Positions 37,268 to 38,243 of a stretch of 38,243 nucleotides of DNA are shown here, piece by piece. Below the pieces are notes generated by a model. It worked only from the letters and a program-made list of their open reading frames with translations. It was not told the origin of the DNA and did no database searches. Numbering within the stretch: the stretch's first letter is position 1; every line of letters begins with the position of its first letter. The position numbers and the translations under genes are program-made. Source of the DNA: a virus (Duplodnaviria > Caudoviricetes); IMG/VR virus record IMGVR_UViG_3300032092_000100, positions 1-38,243 of that record, one strand, 5' to 3'.

Positions 37268-37316
37268 GTGTGTGTGTTTTTAAATTAGTTATATAAGACA
37301 TAACTATTTCATTAAG

Positions 37317-37324
37317 CAAATATA
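37317..37324 (-). promoter_or_regulatory. -7 promoter element TATATTTG
   Basis: Perfect TAnnTTTG on the minus strand just after a terminator. Confidence 0.65.
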
Positions 37325-37328
37325 AGGT

Positions 37329-37364
37329 AAAAAAAAGGGGAATAAGCACATAGCCTATCCCCTT
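37329..37364 (-). terminator. Rho-independent terminator
   Basis: Minus strand GGGGATAGGC-TATGT-GCTTATTCCCC-TTTTTTTT. Confidence 0.75.
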
Positions 37365-37380
37365 CCTTTCTAACCACGAA

Positions 37381-37640
37381 CTAATAAGTTAAATTCTTCT
37401 CCATGTATCTAATCTCAGATGCATCAAAGTCGTTCCAATCGTAGCCATCAGATTCAGATTCCATATCATCTGTGTATGTGGCCACCATTAATTCAATCTC
37501 CTCGGTATCCACATGAACAACTCCATCCAAGAAAACCTTGATGAATTTATTACCGCAATTTGAGAGAATGACATCATCCTTCCGTATGGTTTAACATCCA
37601 ATACAACTTGGTCTGTTATGTCTTTAATGAAATGTTTCAT
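37381..37640 (-). pseudogene. Small acidic protein gene with an apparent 1-nt frameshift
   Basis: ATG 37640 to TAG 37381 spans 260 nt, one short of 87 codons; the second frame is open from about 37590 to the stop. Confidence 0.45.
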
Positions 37641-38053
37641 AGTTCGCCCTCCAGTCTTTTGATTTCTTTTTCCAATGTCTCGATTTGGTTTCTTTTCTGC
37701 TTGGCCCACTCCACCCGTTTCTGATTAATTAAGTCATCAGCAGTCTCAAGCCAAGATGAATATTGACTCGTCATCTCCATGGTTAATTCGTCAAGGTACT
37801 TCTCAATATCCTCGTTGAACGGCATAGATACATTTACACCGCTGATACTCGATATGGTCACCTTGAACTCATGTAGCAGGTCAAGGTCATTGCCAAGGGT
37901 AAAGGTCACGGATGAATAACCTAATTTGCTGTCTCCAAGATAAACAGAAATTCCTTTGATGTACTTAACGTACTCACCGTACACTGAAAATTCAGATGCA
38001 AGGTCTCTGCACTTTGTCGCAAGTGCAATTAGTTTTTCGATTTTTGTTTTCAT
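37637..38053 (-). CDS. Hypothetical protein
   Basis: 138 aa, C-terminal coiled coil, ATGA coupling at both ends. Confidence 0.65.
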   Translation of the reverse strand: MKTKIEKLIALATKCRDLASEFSVYGEYVKYIKGISVYLGDSKLGYSSVTFTLGNDLDLLHEFKVTISSISGVNVSMPFNEDIEKYLDELTMEMTSQYSSWLETADDLINQKRVEWAKQKRNQIETLEKEIKRLEGEL

Positions 38054-38217
38054 AATAATCTGTTAATTATGTTTTGAATTTTATTTATGAGCCACAAAGA
38101 TATTAAAGAAATAGTTCCAATAATCGCCCACATCTCATTGTTGAAAAGTATGGCGAAGAAACATATCAGAAATACAGCGACTCCGATACCCAATGATAAT
38201 TTTTCATAGATGTTCAT
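38050..38217 (-). CDS. Small 2-TM membrane protein (55 aa), not in the ORF track
   Basis: MNIYEKLSLGIGVAVFLICFFAILFNNEMWAIIGTISLISLWLINKIQNIINRLL; stop overlaps the next ATG (ATGA). Confidence 0.6.
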   Translation of the reverse strand: MNIYEKLSLGIGVAVFLICFFAILFNNEMWAIIGTISLISLWLINKIQNIINRLL

Positions 38218-38243
38218 GACATTAGTTTTTAATTGCGTTAATT

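Noticed and set aside
31797-37355. CATAGCC in the loop regions of two oppositely oriented terminators (31797 and 37349), suggesting a kissing interaction
   Set aside because: Only 7 nt, partly within stems, and compatible with chance
37641-37709. N-terminal extension of the ORF-track 73-aa ORF
   Set aside because: It overlaps the upstream gene; ATG 37640 forms a typical ATGA junction
1-38243. Stop-codon reassignment as seen in some crAss-like phages
   Set aside because: Long uninterrupted ORFs tile the window under the standard code

Overview
This is a 38-kb fragment of an AT-rich tailed dsDNA phage that almost certainly infects Bacteroidota: TAnnTT(T/C)G '-7' promoters and A-rich, Shine-Dalgarno-less start regions occur throughout. 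It uses the standard genetic code. The + strand (1-32.8 kb) carries a crAss-like/phi14:2-type podovirus virion module: portal, scaffold-like protein, major capsid protein, ring/tail proteins, gp10-like tail stabilisation protein and three ejection/cargo genes. These are followed by a ferritin, a YkuD-fold putative endolysin, holin-like genes, a tail fibre and HNH-like genes. The - strand (32.8-38.2 kb) carries RusA, GroES, a spanin-like pair, a YqaJ exonuclease plus RecT, and small early genes. The 4174-aa cargo protein shows no recognisable virion RNA polymerase motif. It looks like a polyvalent protein, with an HExxH metallopeptidase followed by a row of modules (one ART-PolyVal-like, one further ART-like) delimited by a repeated KSQ linker. 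A complete 42-aa 'MPFKS..KQ..W' gene is nested in its +1 frame. Other highlights are a palindromic back-to-back promoter driving apparently leaderless genes, a candidate U-rich sRNA, a repeat-dense candidate origin/regulatory region and a probable frameshifted gene. All family calls come from motif recognition by eye; no searches were run.
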